Below, piece after piece: positions 1 through 13,844 of a stretch of 64,000 nucleotides of DNA. Under the pieces are notes generated by a model. It saw only the letters and a list, made by a program, of their open reading frames with translations, ran no database searches and was not told where the DNA came from. Position numbers and translations under genes: made by a program. The stretch is from Chiloscyllium plagiosum (Eukaryota): the NCBI RefSeq assembly GCF_004010195.1, contig NC_057718.1:71355715-71419714 (forward strand). Direction: 5' to 3'. The first letter of the stretch is position 1. Every line of letters starts with the position of its first letter.

Positions 1-681
1 GAAATTTCTACAGAGAAGTGTTGAGGTGATGTAGTAAAGGTTATTGGGCAAAGACAGGAAGGTAGAGTTGGGTATCAGATCAGCAATGATATCATTGAAT
101 GGCAGAGCAGATAGGTAAATGGAATGGTTTACATCTGCTCCGAAATGTGCATCTCTAAAGCACATTTCTGCCCCAGAATTATAAATGTAAGTAAATTGAA
201 ACAACATTGTCTCCTTGTTTATAGAATAATCCTGACTTGTAGTCTGAAGGTAACTGGTGATTTGGTTGCACAAATACAAGCAGCCCAAATGTTTCTTTGT
301 GTGTTCAGTCTGTGGGCATTGCTGGCCTAAATTAACTGCAGACTCATGGATATAATTGCCAAGCTCTGAACTCTTAACCAGTGGTTGGCCCACTGCCATA
401 GCAAAAACTGTGTAACAGTAATCATCATTGAATCCTGATCTGGTGTCTCAGAAGACCAATATGGCACTCGTAAGACTAGAGGAAGTTTATCCATATTCTG
501 CATTTTAACTGGAAATGTAAAGTCTTGAAGTTATGTTGTTTACTTTTGAACCTTTTTAAACTTAAGATCTGATGTTTCCAATTATTGTTTTGGCAGAGTT
601 AACTACATTTTGTATTAACGAACATAATTTAGCTTGATTTTTGAGTCAATTACATTGAGTTTGAAATCTTTTGGGTCTTAG

Positions 682-808
682 GAATGACTAAAAGAATAAT
701 TAATGCAAAGATTGCATGTTTGGACTTCAGCCTGCAGAAGACAAAAATGAAGTTGGGTGTTCAAGTTGTCATCTCAGACCCAGAAAAATTGGACCAGATT
801 AGACAAAG
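682..808 (+). CDS. TCP1: T-complex protein 1 subunit alpha, internal exon (equivalent to human exon 7)
   Basis: ttag|GAATG...CAAAG|gtac; 127 nt; encodes (G)MTKRIINAKIACLDFSLQKTKMKLGVQVVISDPEKLDQIRQ(R), near-identical to CCT-alpha apical domain; phase fits next exon. Confidence 0.97.
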
Positions 809-3800
809 GTACTGTTGATTTGAAGCCGGAGACGGGGTGAACCATTTTTTTACTATAATTTTGTTATTCAAGTGAGTACTGAGATGCTTGACTTTTAAAT
901 TGAATTTTTAAAATCATCTTGAGATTGCAATTGGGAGTTTTCAGACATTTCTTTTGTAAATGGAATTGAGGGATTATCTGTCTTCTCCCCTCAGCCTCTT
1001 TTTCTATTTGTCTGAGACTGGACACCTGTGACCATTTATTTAAAAATTGCTGAATACTAACAAAAGGAAAATTGGGTGGTTACTTCCCTTGACATGCTTC
1101 TCTGCTACCCTGTCAAATCTGCCAAAGAGAAACATTTGGACTCTTCTGTCCTTGCAGACACTGTCGTTCTTTTCTGTCAAGTGTTTAGAATGTCTCCATT
1201 TCTCTTGGAATTCTGTTTTGAACCTCCTCCATTTCTGCCTGCTGTCCAAGCATCATAGCAGCCCTGATCAAAGACACTTTAGTCCTTTGTGACTTTGTTT
1301 AATGAAATTACCCCTGTTTATTCTGGTGGAGCTGTTGTTCACGCTGATACGCTGGCTATACCATTCTGGAATGCCTCTCCTCCTTTGGCCAGCTGAGTGG
1401 TCTTGCTCCTGTATAAGTGGCTATAGCCAGCAAGACTCTGGCATGACTTCTCTTCCTGCTCCTGATTTTTTTTTAGGCCCCAAGTTCAATCTGTTTCACA
1501 TTTACATGGTGCCCCTTAGAAAATTCAGGAAGAGCAGTCTGGTCTCAAGCTTTACCGTGCCATCACCATCTCCACTGTCTCTAGTTTGTTGTGTCAACAT
1601 CCAATATTAGATGGACAGAAGTTTACTCTAGTAGAGAAATAAAATAATTATCTTAGCCATGCCACAAACTTTGTTCCTTTGCCACTGACTCCATCCCAGT
1701 CTCTTGTATAGGGCTAAATTTGAAGATTTGCAACATAGACATTTTTGGATTACAACTTGTGATTCTGAACTGATTTTCTGGCCCATATCCTCCTCCATGC
1801 CAGAAGTGCCATATCCTCTGTCATTTCCTTTCTCTGCCCATAGTGGCAGACATTTTAAGAAGTTCAGAATACAGAAAGATGCACTCCAAAGAGAGAGAAG
1901 TATCAACCATCCATGGTTAACTAAAAAAGTTCAAAATAGTATCAAAATTGATTATTAAGAAAAGCATATAATATAAAAACCAACAAAGATTAATAAAGGA
2001 AAGAAAGATTAGGAAAGAATGCTAGCTGGAAAAATAAAAATGCAATAGAATGTAATGAATTGATTTTCTATGTATATTTAGAAAGGAAGAGTGTTATCAA
2101 AGTGGATATTAATATTTCAGAAAATGAGTTTAGGGAATTAATATCAGATGAATAGGTATTTTGCATTGGTCTTCATTAGCGGATAGAAATAATATCCCAG
2201 AAGTAGCTGTAAATCAACAAATGTAAGTCAGTGCCACAATGTGTGGAACCTTGCAGTCGCTGCATGCTTGCATCACATGGCAGAGGAAATGTTGGCTAAT
2301 TAGTTGATTACTGTGCATCAGTCATTGCAGTAGAGGAGAGTATTTCACTCGTCATGCTAAAAGAACCTCACTGTTACGACGTGGAGGTCGTACGCCTCAT
2401 TAAAACCAAACACCCCTCCTCTTACTCAGTTAATTGTGAGTCACAGAAATCGGTCGTCTCTGCTGTCTTCAAGCTTCTGTCTGTTGATCTCCCTGGGTCA
2501 TTGTGGTTTTTTGTTGCTGCGAGTATGTTTTATAGGAAAAGGTATTTTTAAGAGTGTCTTCTAATTTCTTTTGAGAGCAAGCTGTTAAGATGGGTGGTTA
2601 GCTCCTCAGCTCTAAGGCAGTTGCTCAGCTGATCAGTGGCAATTGTTTTGACCAACTTTAAAAATGCCCTGGTGTTACCCAAACGCCCCCGCCCCCAGCA
2701 TAGTTCTGTGTCATTGGTCTGATGTCAAAACAATAAATTCAAGCTTATTTGGGTTTTAGTATCCTGAGCATAATTTGAAGTTATTGGTTAAATTTGAATT
2801 GTTGTCAAAGCAACAATCAAACCTCAGGTATCCATTTAATACATGTATCAATTTTGCAATTGTCTGTCTCCCAGCTATTCCATTCGATTCAGGCAGCTGA
2901 GCCTGCACTTCACTTTCATTTCTTCTAACTTCAGAAAACACACATTATTTTAAAGTGATCATTCGACTTCAAAACACCTCTCCCACTCAAGAAAAATGAA
3001 CCATCATAATGAAAAGATGACTTCATTTTTTTCTCTAATTCTTAATATCATTGTGAAATATATATGTCATTAATCTAAGTTATATCTTTTTAATTCTGCG
3101 CGCATATATAATTTTGGAATCAAAAGGTCCAATCTTACCTACGCTTTTAAATCATAATAACATATCTGCAATCATATTCTTACAACCCACAAAGCGTACA
3201 GTTTGTAAATTAAAAGTCTTTGACATGAGACTTGAACAAAGTAGTCGCATATTCTTGTCTTCAAATTTTTCCAAAAGCATGAGAAGGTTGTGGTCAGTCT
3301 ACATAACCGTCTCTAACGCATTGTTGTCACAAACATTAAAATGTTGTACAGCCAGTACCAAACTCAATAACACTTTTGTTTTGATAGCATATGTTCTCTG
3401 GGGGATATTGGGTTTCTTTGCAAAGTAGTAAATTGGATGTTCAATTCCATCATCATTACCCTGCATCAATACAGCTCGAACCCCTATATCGCTTGCATTG
3501 ATTGCAAGTTTGTAGGGCTTCAAAAATATTGGTTTAGCTAAAACTGGTGTGGTAGTTAATACGGCTTTTAAATTCTCAAATGCTTCCTGGCATTGTTGTA
3601 TCCACCGAAATTGTGTAATTTTCGTAAATCCATCAGCAGTGTCACCACATTGCTGAAATTTGATTAAGAACTGGTGGTAGAATCTGTTCAGTCCCAAAAA
3701 TCAAGCACTTCGAGGATGGTAGTCAAAATTCCTCGATGTCTTTTGTCTTGGAGTCCTCCTGTCCCAATAATATCACCTCTGTCTTCACAAAATGTTTTTT

Positions 3801-3945
3801 TTTCAAATTTATTACCAGTTTTTCTTTTCATAATCATTCAAAGAGCTGCTAGCTGTCCCACATGATCTTTTTATGGATGGCTAAAGATCACATCAACATA
3901 TGGTTGAATTTGTTAATCCTGCCACAATTCAGTTTGAGTGTCTTT

Positions 3946-4265
3946 TTAGATTAGATTAGATTACTTACAGTGTGGAAACAGGCCCTTCGGCCCAACAAGT
4001 CCACACTGACCCGCCGAAGCGCAACCCACCCATACCCCTACATTTACCCCTTTAACCTAACACTACGGGCAATTTAGCATGGCCAATTCACCTGACCCAC
4101 ACATCTTTGTGACTGTGGGAGGAAACCGGAGCACCCGGAGGAAACCCAGGCAGACACGGGGAGAATGTGCAAACTCCACACAGTCAGTCGCCTGAGTCGG
4201 GAATTGAACCCGGGTCTCTGGCGCTGTGAGGCAGCAGTGCTAACCACTGTGCTACCATGCCGCCC
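3946..4265 (-). mobile_element. HE1-type tRNA-derived SINE inserted in the Gmr1 RT
   Basis: Minus strand begins GGGCGGCATGGTAGCACAGTGGTTAGCACTGCTGCCTCACAGCGCCAGAGACCCGGGTTCAATTCC (A/B boxes); (TAATC)n tail; GTCTTT direct repeat. Confidence 0.85.
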
Positions 4266-7200
4266 GTCTTTGGAATGTGACTGGTGTGTTCTTCATTCTA
4301 AAAGACATCACTTTGAATTGATGTAACCCATTAGGGGTTGCAAATGCAGAAACATCTTTTGCTTTATCTGATAAAGGTACCTGCTAGGTAGTAAGTAAGG
4401 TAGTAAGTCTAACTTCATGATATAAATGGTTTGTCCAACTTTTTCTGTACGGTTCTCCAACCTTGATATCGGATAGGAGTCTGATTTAGTTACTGCGTTT
4501 GTCTTCCAGTAGTCCACACAATCGTTGAGTCCCGTCAGGTTTAGGCACTAACACAAAATCAGCAAACTCCATTCACTCTGGCTCAGTTCGATGATGTCTT
4601 CGTTGAGCACCACAATCACTTCCTTCTGGACCTGTGCACCTTCGAGAGGATTAAGTGTTGTTTTATAGGAACAGCATTTCCTGCCCCCACCCAAGAGAGG
4701 GTATGCTGCAACATACCTTTCAACTGAGTTCTTTTCTCCTGAGACAGCTTCCTTTTCGATCCCATTCTTCAAGGACTTTGTTATTTTGAGGTACATAAAA
4801 ATCCATGCCATGTCAATTTGGTTCCTCACCCACCAGAGCAGTATTGCTCCAGTTCCCTGTGTCCATTATAGTAAGGTTTCAATATATTCTCATGACTTAT
4901 CCAATACAGTTTTTTGCTATCCAGCATTTGATAGGGACTACTAAACCTGGCTTTGAAGGGATCTTTTACCACTGGTAACAATACGAATACGTCATTCCCA
5001 TGGGAAAATGTCTGAATTTGAATTTTTAATCTGCCACCTGCTTCGTTCCATACTGTGCCCTCTTCAGCTGTTGTTTAGCTAATTCACCTACCAGGCATAA
5101 TCTCTCCCTCATTTCCGATACATAATCCAAGTGTGAGATTTCTGACTTTGGTCCTATCAGTTTTTCTTTAATTAGTTTTGAAGGTCCTCTCACTTCATGT
5201 CTGAATATTAACTCAAAGGGAGTAAACTGGGTATATTCGTTTGGGGCATTTCTAATGGTAAAAAGTATGACTGGGATACCTTTATCCCAGTCATTCGGGT
5301 AATCCTGACAGTATGCTTTTGACATGGACTTCAGGGTCTGATGCCACATTTCCAAGGCTCCCTGGGATTCAGGATGGTATGCACTTCAGTTAAAGTGCTG
5401 TATGCCTAAACTATCCATGACTTCCTTAAATAGTCTAGAAGTAAAATTAGACACTTCTGACTGAATCTGCCTGGATAGCCCATATCAGGTGAAGAAAGCT
5501 ACCAACTCCTCTTTTTTTTGTGCCTCAACACTCCATAATGGAATTGCCTCCAGAAATCTGGGAGATACATCCCATTATGGTTAGCAAATACTGGTTCCCC
5601 CTTTTAGGTTTAGGGAAGGGACCTACACAATCAATCATAACCTGCTTGTGAAAAGGTTATTTGAATGCGGGAGTTGACAACAAAGGTGCTGGTTTTATTG
5701 CCTGTGTCTTACCTACCATTTGGCATGTATGATGTGTACAGCAAAATTTAACCACATCCTTATGCAGTCCAATCCAATAGAAGTTTATTTGTACCTTAGC
5801 CTGAGACTTCCACACACATCGAATTACCAGACTTGCTGGTAATTCATGTGCTACCCATAATGCTTCCTGTCTATGCTACTGACAGTACAATCTGGTGCAT
5901 TTATACCCATTCATCCTCTGCACTAACTTGCTGTGGTCTCAATTTTCATTTTGGGATTCTATCCTTAAGATAAGCCTTCAGAATACATTGATTCCTTTTG
6001 AGTATGGATCATAATGTATATCTTTTATTGTCTCACCTTTCTGTTGTAAGTCCATTAGCTTTTCAGGACTCAACACCTCTGCCTGACTCTACCTGTTCAG
6101 GTTTTTCCTGTACTATTTAATCAAACCAGGTGTCAGATAACTGAACCTCCACTCCTTTGTCTTTCTCAAGTTATAGCAAGAAGGAAAAACTAATGACAAG
6201 GGGATCTTGTTATTAGAGTCTGGAAAAAATCCAGGGTTTTTTCTTTTAACTCCTCAGTTCCCTGGTTTTTCTTTGGCTTTTCCAGCATAAGAGGCATCAC
6301 TCCCACCTTGGTTCCTGCTCAGTCATTTCCAAGAGCAAGCTATATTCCTGGAACTATTCAATCACTCCCACTGTTAGTTTCCCAGTCTTGATTTGGCTCT
6401 GCAACATGATCTTACACAGGTGAAAGCTAAATTTCTGTCCATCTGTTCCACAAGTATCACTCTGTGGTAACATGTCAGAAAGAGTGCATTTTAGTATTAG
6501 GGACTGACCAGATCCCATAGCTCTCAAAATTATCACTTCTTTCTCTTTCTCTCCTATTCTTCCTGAGTAAAATTAATCCACAGAGGTGAAGTCTTTATAG
6601 AGATTGGGCACTAACTCAGTACCCATCCCCTGCCTAGGTTGTGTATCTCCTGCAGCTCCTCGACTTTCCTTTTGGGTTTCCTTTCCTATTTCATTGATCC
6701 TATTGGCTTAGCCTCATTCGCCACATATTCTCCCACAGTGACTTCCTTCAACGACCAGCATTGTGATTTTACATGTCTCACCTTATCACAATGGAAACAC
6801 CTGTGACCTTTCACCTCCTGCCCCCCCCCCCCCCCCCCAGGCTTCTTCCCGTTTCTGTCCCTCACAGGATGAAATTCCTGTCGAAAGCTAAATTTCACCT
6901 TATGCACCAATGCATAATTATCTGCCATCTCTGCAGCTTTTCCCACTGCTTGAACTTTCTGTTCATCCCCAAGTTGTTCTTAACTCTGGAAGTGAGTTTT
7001 TAAACTCGTCCTGCAGAATAATGTCTCTTAGAGCTGCATATGTCTTGTGTATTTTTAAAGTCTGCACCCATCTATCAAAATTACCATGTTTAATTATTTT
7101 GAACTCCAAATAAGTCTGACCTGGTTCATCCTTTGTTTCTGAACTGCTGTCTATATGCTTATGGTACAAATTCATAGGTACTCAAAATAGTCCCTTTGAC

Positions 7201-8127
7201 ATCTGCATAATTTCTTGACCCCTCATCTGATGGTGCTGCAAAGACCTCACTCTCCCTGCCTACCAGCTTAGTCTGAGCTAGCATTACCCACAAGTTTTCT
7301 GGCCATTGCATCTGCCTAGCCAATTTTTCACATGAAATAAAGGCTTCAACATCTTTTTCATCAAAATGTTTTAACGTGTTAATTCTTACCTTCTCCCTTC
7401 ACCTCACTCCTGTTTACTTTGCTGACTAATTTACAACCTTTGAGTTCGAATTCTTTGTTTTTGCTCAGCTAAGAATGTTCTCTCCTTTTTTTCTTTTGTT
7501 TCTACTCTCTCTGCTGCCTGTTTTTGCTCAGTTAAGAACCTTCTTTCCCTTTCTTTATCTTATAACTTTGGTTATATCATTTGCAACTTTTCTAACTCCA
7601 CTGCGCATATTTGTTTGATATGCCTGAGTGCTTGACCATCGCTATTACAAGTTCAACTTTCCTTTTGTCACTGGTTGAACCCAATTCTAACGTGTTTGCT
7701 AATTATTGAAGTATATCCTTCCTCTGTCTAGCCAAACTTTCTTGGCAAATTTAACAAGCATCTTCAAACCCCAGAACCCGTCCAGCTATGTTAAGAGCCT
7801 TTTCCCTCATTTGAAATTTAACCAACCACAATTAACCGATACTAAACAGATTTTTTCACCTAAATTTTATTTAAAGATATAGAACACTAATTGCAATGTG
7901 TTTTAAGTCTGCTGGGACCTTTCATACCTCTAATCTGTTCAAGTCTGTCCAAATCATCCAGATCTTGGACTTCATTCATCCAGATCAATCTAAAACTGTC
8001 CAAATCCCAGTCTGGATTTGTCCAAACTTGTCGACAGACGACAAGCTGCGAAACTGTTACGAAACAGAGGTCAAACCCCTTAATTAAAACTAAACACCCA
8101 AAAAAAGTTCGCCTCACTTCATTGACT

Positions 8128-8853
8128 TGTAGAATCCTACAGTACAGAGACTGGTCCATGCCGACCAAAATAACCATCCATACTAACCCCACATCCTTGC
8201 AGTTGGCCTATATCCTTCTAATCCTTTTCCTATCCATCTATTTGTCTAAATGCCTTTTAAATGTCGTTAATGTAACCACCTCAACCACTTCTGACATCTC
8301 ATTCCATACTCCATGTGCATACCATCCTCTGTGTTTAAAAACAAGCTGCTTCTCATGCTCCCTTTTATACTTTCCTCAACTTTAAACTGGGGAAACTTCA
8401 ATTCCCCAGCCCTAGGAAAAAAACTGAGTGCATTCACCCTATCCATGCTTCCCGTGATCTATACACTTCTGTCTCTCCACCCCACCCCTCAGTCTCGTAT
8501 GTGTAAATCCAGCTTGTCCAACCTCTTCCTATAACACTCCATTGAGTCCTGGCAATATCCTTGTAAATTTTGTCTGCACTCTTCCCAGTTCAATGACATC
8601 CTTCCTATAGCAGGCGACCAAAACTGAACACTATGCTCCAAGTGGGACCTCACCGATGTTTCTGTGTAAATGCAACATAACTTCCCAACTTCAACACTCA
8701 GTGCCCTGACTGATGAAGGCCAGTGTGCCAAGAGCCTCTTTTACTGCCCTGTCTACCTGTGACTCCATTTTCAGAGAACTGTGAACCTGAACTCCAAGAT
8801 CCCTCTGTTCCGGTACACTCCTTAAGACCCTACCATTCACTGTGAAACTCCTG
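8128..8853 (-). mobile_element. CR1 LINE 3' fragment inserted in the Gmr1 5' LTR
   Basis: Translates to ..VRSHLEHSVQFWSP.., a CR1 ORF2 C-terminal motif; closely similar to 38085-38830. Confidence 0.8.
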
Positions 8854-9559
8854 TTAAAATGTGAGTGACAGAATTCCTAATTTCCACTATTTAAAGGAAA
8901 TTACCAGTTTATTTTCATAATTGTTTCAATAGTGAACACTAAACAAAAACTATTCACAAGTCCAAGCCCCCTTTTCATAACTACTTATTATCTGGCCCCA
9001 ACTCTAAAAATACTGTTCCAATAACACAATTGTCAAACATTAACTTAATCTCAAGTCCACACAGTTCGGTCTTCTGCAATGTCTTCCGTCTGCTCATCTC
9101 CCTGGGTCATTTTTTTTTCCACTACAAGTATGTTTTGCAGGAAAAGGTACCTTTGCTGATGAATGTCTTCTAATTTCCTTGAGAGCAAGCTGTTAGATGG
9201 GCAGCTAGCTTTATGGCTCTACAGCAGTTGGTCTGTTGTTCAGTGGCAATTGCTCTGACCAATTTTTAAAGTGCCCTGATTTTATACCTCCCAACATCAT
9301 TCCATGTCATTGGTCTGATGTTGTCAAGACAATAAATTCAAACTCCATTGGGTTTTCTTTTCCTGAGCATAATTTAAAGTAATTGGTGAAATTTGCTTGT
9401 TGTCAAAACAGCAACCAAAACTTGGGTATATTTTGGAACAGTCATTCTAGCAGTTCCATTCGGACCGCTGAGCCTGCACTTTAAGTTCACATCAAAATTC
9501 AGAAAACTATTTATTTTAAAGTGAACACACTCATTTAACTTCAGAACACCACCATTTTA

Positions 9560-9990
9560 TTATATATTTGTAAAGTCTTCCTTTATTGTCCAGTTTTGAC
9601 ACCATAACCTTGATGACCTGTTATGATCTCTCTACCTTGATTGATTTGTATGGTTTTACTTTTAATTTTTTGTAATTATCTCTGCCTCAATTAATCAGAT
9701 CATAGGTCAATCCTTCATTTGCTATTCAGCTGCTGATACTTTACTCACACCCATCTGACTCTTGATCACCTGCAAAAAGTTGTTGTTCAGCTTGTTGCCA
9801 CTGCACTCCTACCATTTGTACAGTCTTCAGATTTCTCTGCCTATAAGTTGTGTGCCTGTGTGCGTCTTGTCACTTCACCTGACAAAGAAGCAGCTCTCTG
9901 AAAGCTTGTCATTTCAAATAATCCTTTTGGACGTAACTGGTGTCATGTAACTTCTGACTTTGTCCGGTCCAGCATCAACACCTCCACATC
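9560..9990 (+). mobile_element. Penelope-like element 3' end (second family) with decayed hammerhead-like motif
   Basis: cacctgacaaagaagcagctctctgaaagcttgtc...ttggacgtaactggtgtc...acacctccacatc, shared with 18843-18960 and 46730-46852. Confidence 0.55.
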
Positions 9991-10469
9991 GTTTTCACTA
10001 CTCGAGACAGCAGAAAAGGGAACTGCAGTTAACGTGAATGAGGTGATCTGTCCAGTCACCCCTCTCAGCCCGTACAGTGGGATTCCTGCATTTGTGTTAC
10101 TGCTATCAAATACTTTGAAAACTTCATTTTTTTAAATTTCCAATTCTTGATTTATTTGCTTTGGTCACTGCAGTCCAACATTATCTGAAACTTGCCACCA
10201 CTTATCATTTGTTCAGTGGATCCCTTCACCAGTCTTTCACGATCTTGAGATTTCGGCAATCAATCAGGTCTGCAGAATCTAGACTGCTCCAATTCTGACT
10301 TAAGCCTTTTGTCCTTATTTTTATGTATAAATATCTGAGTCTCCTTTTCACTTTTGCTTTCTCTGCCATTTTTTCATCGATGATATTAGCAGTTACTAGG
10401 TGATGACCAATCTGGCAACCGTCTTGAGAGTGAGTTGAGAACTAATAAATCGCTTTGTCCTGATGGACT

Positions 10470-11620
10470 TAGTCATACAGCACAGTTCAACCAGTCCATG
10501 CCGAACATAATCCCAAGCTAAACTCGTCCCGTATGCCTGCTTCTGACCCATATCCCTCCACACCTTTCTCATTCATATATGTATCCAAATGTCTTTTAAA
10601 CATTGTAATTGTACTCATATCCAACTACTTCCTTAGGAAGTTCATTCACATTCGAACCACCCTCTGTGTAAAAAATTTACCTCCATCTTTTTTAAATCTG
10701 TCCTCGCACTTTTTTTAAAAAAAAAAATGTGCCCGCAGTCTTGAAATTCCCCAACTTGGGGAAAAGACAGCTACCACCAACTCCATCTATACCCTCATTA
10801 TTTTATAAACTTTACATCCTTGTGTGCTCCAGTGAAAAAAGTCCCAGCCTATCCAACCTTTCTATATAACTCAAACCTTATGTGCCGGCTAACATCCTGG
10901 TAAATTTCTTCTGAACCCTTTCCAGATTGATAATTTCCTATAGCTGGCGACCAGAACTGGACACTATTCTAGAAGTGGCTTTACCAATGTCCTGTTCAAC
11001 CTCAACATTAACGTCCCAATTCGTTTACTCAAAAATTTGAGCAATGAAGGCATGCATGCCAGATGCCTTTTTAACCCCACACTCTGTATGTGACGGAAAA
11101 TTCAAAGAATTATGTACCTGCACCCTGGGTCCCTCTACTCTGCAATACTACCCAAGGCCCGCCATTAATTAAATAAGTCTTACAATTGTTTGTTCTGTTA
11201 TAACGCATATTTTATCGATGCAAATTTGCTGTAATGTGATTGACAAATTGGGGATGCTGTTTTGGTTGTAACGTAATTACAGCATTGTCACTTTAAAGTA
11301 TGATTTTTCTATAACGTGAGGTTGCACAAGAACACAACAATCATGTTATCAAAGAACTGACTACCAAAATGTTATATCTTGCATTTATCCAGATTGAATT
11401 CCATCCTCCATTTTTCAGCCTATTGACCCATTTGAACAAGATCCTTTTGTAATCTCAGAAAACTTTCATTATCTACTTGCCACCAATTTTGGTATCATCC
11501 ACAAACCATGCCACTTATATTCTCAGCCAAGTCATTTATCAGAATGACAAATAAGAGGACCCAGAACAGATATCTGTGGGACACTTAATCCTAATCTTAA
11601 TAATTTGACTATTGAAAGAA
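10470..11620 (-). mobile_element. CR1 LINE 3' fragment
   Basis: Same CR1 ORF2 end and 3' UTR as 8128-8853; contains a small TIR-like insert. Confidence 0.7.
11188..11362. mobile_element. Possible Tigger/mariner-type MITE nested in CR1
   Basis: Imperfect inverted termini gttctgttataacgc ... tgttatcaaagaactg interrupting otherwise contiguous CR1 sequence. Confidence 0.4.
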
Positions 11621-12273
11621 TTGATGCGTTGGTTTCAATTTCTTGCGGTAACACATTCCAGGCCCCTCTTTTAAAAAAAAAACAACAAAAAAATTGCCTC
11701 ATCTCCTTTTAAACTTAAGTCATTTTACCTTAAACCTATGTCCTTGAGTATTTGACATTTATGCCCTAGGAAAAAGACTGACTATCCATTCTGTTTATGC
11801 CATTCATAATTTTGTAAGCTTCTATTCTCCTTCAACCACCTTACAAACAGTTTGTCCAATCTCTACTCATGGATGTAGGTTTGTTTGCTGAGTTGGAAGG
11901 TTTGTTTTCAGACATTTTGTCACCATACGAGGTAACGTCTTCAGTGAGTCACCAAACAGAACACTGGTGGTGTAACCCACTTTATATTTACATGTTTGAG
12001 TTTCTGGGGGTTGGTGGTACCATTTCCTGTCGTGACGACATTTCCTAAGATGATGTCATTTCCTGTTCTTTTTCTCAGGGGATGGTAAATAGGATCCAAG
12101 TCAATCCAATTGGAATGCTATGCTTCTAGGAATTCTCATGCGTGTCTGTTTGGCTTGTTCTGGGATGGATGTGTTGTCCCAGTCGAAGTAGTGTCCTTCC
12201 TTATCTATATGTAAGGATACTGGTGAGAGAGGGTCATGTCTTTTTGTGGTTAGTTGATGTACATGTATCCTGG

Positions 12274-12726
12274 TGTTTTAAAAAATTCTCAAGGTCAGGT
12301 TCGTAGGAGAGTAGTCTGACACAGAACAAACGACCAAGAGGCGAGTCTGCTAGAATATGGGCATTTTATTCCCCGCAGCGTCGCCAGAACGGGTCTGGCT
12401 TATACTCACTCTACATGTTACCAAAACTGGGAGCCGTCAGTTCTCGTAGAGCGGTTGCCAACAACCCACGCTCGGCGGTTAAACGTAACCCCGGAGCAGA
12501 CTCACCGAACTGGAGACTTTTCCAGCTGATATACTCTTTTCCAGATATAAACATTCATGTGAACAGCAGAGCAAGGCTAAAAAACACATTCCATTCTGGT
12601 TACATACAGATAAGAAGATTCACACGGGACTAAGCAACACCTCCATTCCGGTTAGATTCACACATGTATTGGGACATAATTTTTAACCGTTTCACCACAT
12701 TCCACTGCTTGGAATTTTACACCACA
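12274..12726 (-). mobile_element. Solo LTR nested in Penelope element
   Basis: TG...CA termini with imperfect inverted ends; exact 5-bp TSD CCTGG (12269-12273, 12727-12731); AATAAA on minus strand near 12365. Confidence 0.75.
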
Positions 12727-13323
12727 CCTGGTGGCTAGTTTTCTGCCTGTTTGTCCAATATAGTGTTTGTTACAGTTCTTGCAAGGTATTTTGTAAATGA
12801 CATTAGTTTTGGTTGTTGTCTGTATGGAGTCTTTCAAGTTCATTAGCTGCAACAACAAACTGCCGTTCCTAGATGTCACAGTAGAGCAAACAGCCAATGT
12901 GGAACCAGTGTCTACAGAAAAACAACACGTACAGACCAAATATTGAACTACAGAAGCAATCATCCCAGCATCCAGAAATGAAGCTACATTAGAACATTAC
13001 TTCAACGAGCCACCACACACTGCAGCACAGAACAACTACACAGAGTAGAGGAAAATCACCTATATGGTGTATTCAAAAAGAACTGGTCCCCAATGAACTG
13101 ATTTCTGAGCAATAAATCCAAACAAGCAGACAAAACACACTCAGAAACCCTAGCCACTCTCCCTTACGTCAAAGACTTTTCGGAAATTACTGCCAGACTA
13201 CTCAGGCCTCTTGGCATCATGGTAGCCCACAGACCCACCAACACAGCTAATGAGCAAACACTGTATTGGCAGAAAACTAGTGACCAGGATACATGAACAT
13301 CAACTAGCCACAAAATGACATGA

Positions 13324-13459
13324 GCTGAAACTTTATTGCTGGAACAGCACAGCAGGTCAGGCAGCATCCAGGGAACAGAAGATTCGACGTTTCGGGCACA
13401 TGCCCTTAGAAGATTCGACGTTTCGGGCACATGCCCAGCGTCTGCAGACCTCACTTTCT
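13324..13459. mobile_element. Short rearranged Penelope-derived insertion
   Basis: gctggaacagcacagcaggtcaggcagcatcc motif with internal tandem duplication; flanked by ccacaaaatgacatga direct repeat. Confidence 0.75.
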
Positions 13460-13844
13460 CCACAAAATGACATGACCCAGTTTCACTAGTATCCCTATAC
13501 ATGAAGGAGGAAGCACACCACTTCGACTGGGACAACATGTCCGCCCTAGGATAAGGCAAACAGACGTGCACAATAATTCCTAGAAGCATAGAGTTCCAAT
13601 TGGAATGCCATCAACAAGCACATTGACTTGGATCCCAACCACCCCCTGAGAAAAAGAACAGGAAATAACATCACCACAGGAAATGGCATCACCAGCCCTC
13701 GGAAACTAAAACATATCAGTGCTTCATTCAGAGGCTCGCTGAAGCCAAGTATGGTGACTTAACGTCAGAAAACTCACCTTCCAGCTCAGCGAACAAACCT
13801 ACATTCAGAATCTCAACCTGAGCTTCAAAACTCGCTATCTCTAC

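Larger units (their letters stand above)
2372..9548 (-). mobile_element. Degenerate Gmr1-like Ty3/gypsy LTR retrotransposon (gag-PR-INT-RT-RH)
   Basis: Homologous LTRs 2372-2976 and 8055-9548 (TG..CA); PPT GGGAGAGG at 2977-2984 (-); gag CCHC CFHCDKVRHVKSQC ~6800; PR-like ILRAMGSGQSLI ~6500; INT FYWIGLHKDVVKFCCTHHTCQ ~5750 and DWDKGIP..TPFELIF ~5250; RT DYWKTNAVTKSDSYPI ~4500; RH NASDIGVRAVLMQ..HPIYYF ~3450; flanks tcac/ccac. Confidence 0.88.
11870..13836. mobile_element. Penelope-like element with inverted 5' segment (GIY-YIG endonuclease remnant)
   Basis: Minus arm encodes TKTNVIYKIPCKNCNKHYIGQTGRKLATR (GIY-YIG); plus arm 12850-13836 carries RT C-terminal remnants (LPFLDVTV) and the reverse complement of 11870-12270. 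Confidence 0.8.

Noticed and set aside
4170..4265. tRNA gene (A/B boxes), also at the other SINE heads
   Set aside because: These are tRNA-derived SINE heads continuing into SINE body; no complete cloverleaf
7891..8385. 164-aa plus-strand ORF
   Set aside because: Runs antisense across the Gmr1 leader, LTR and CR1 tail with no recognisable domain
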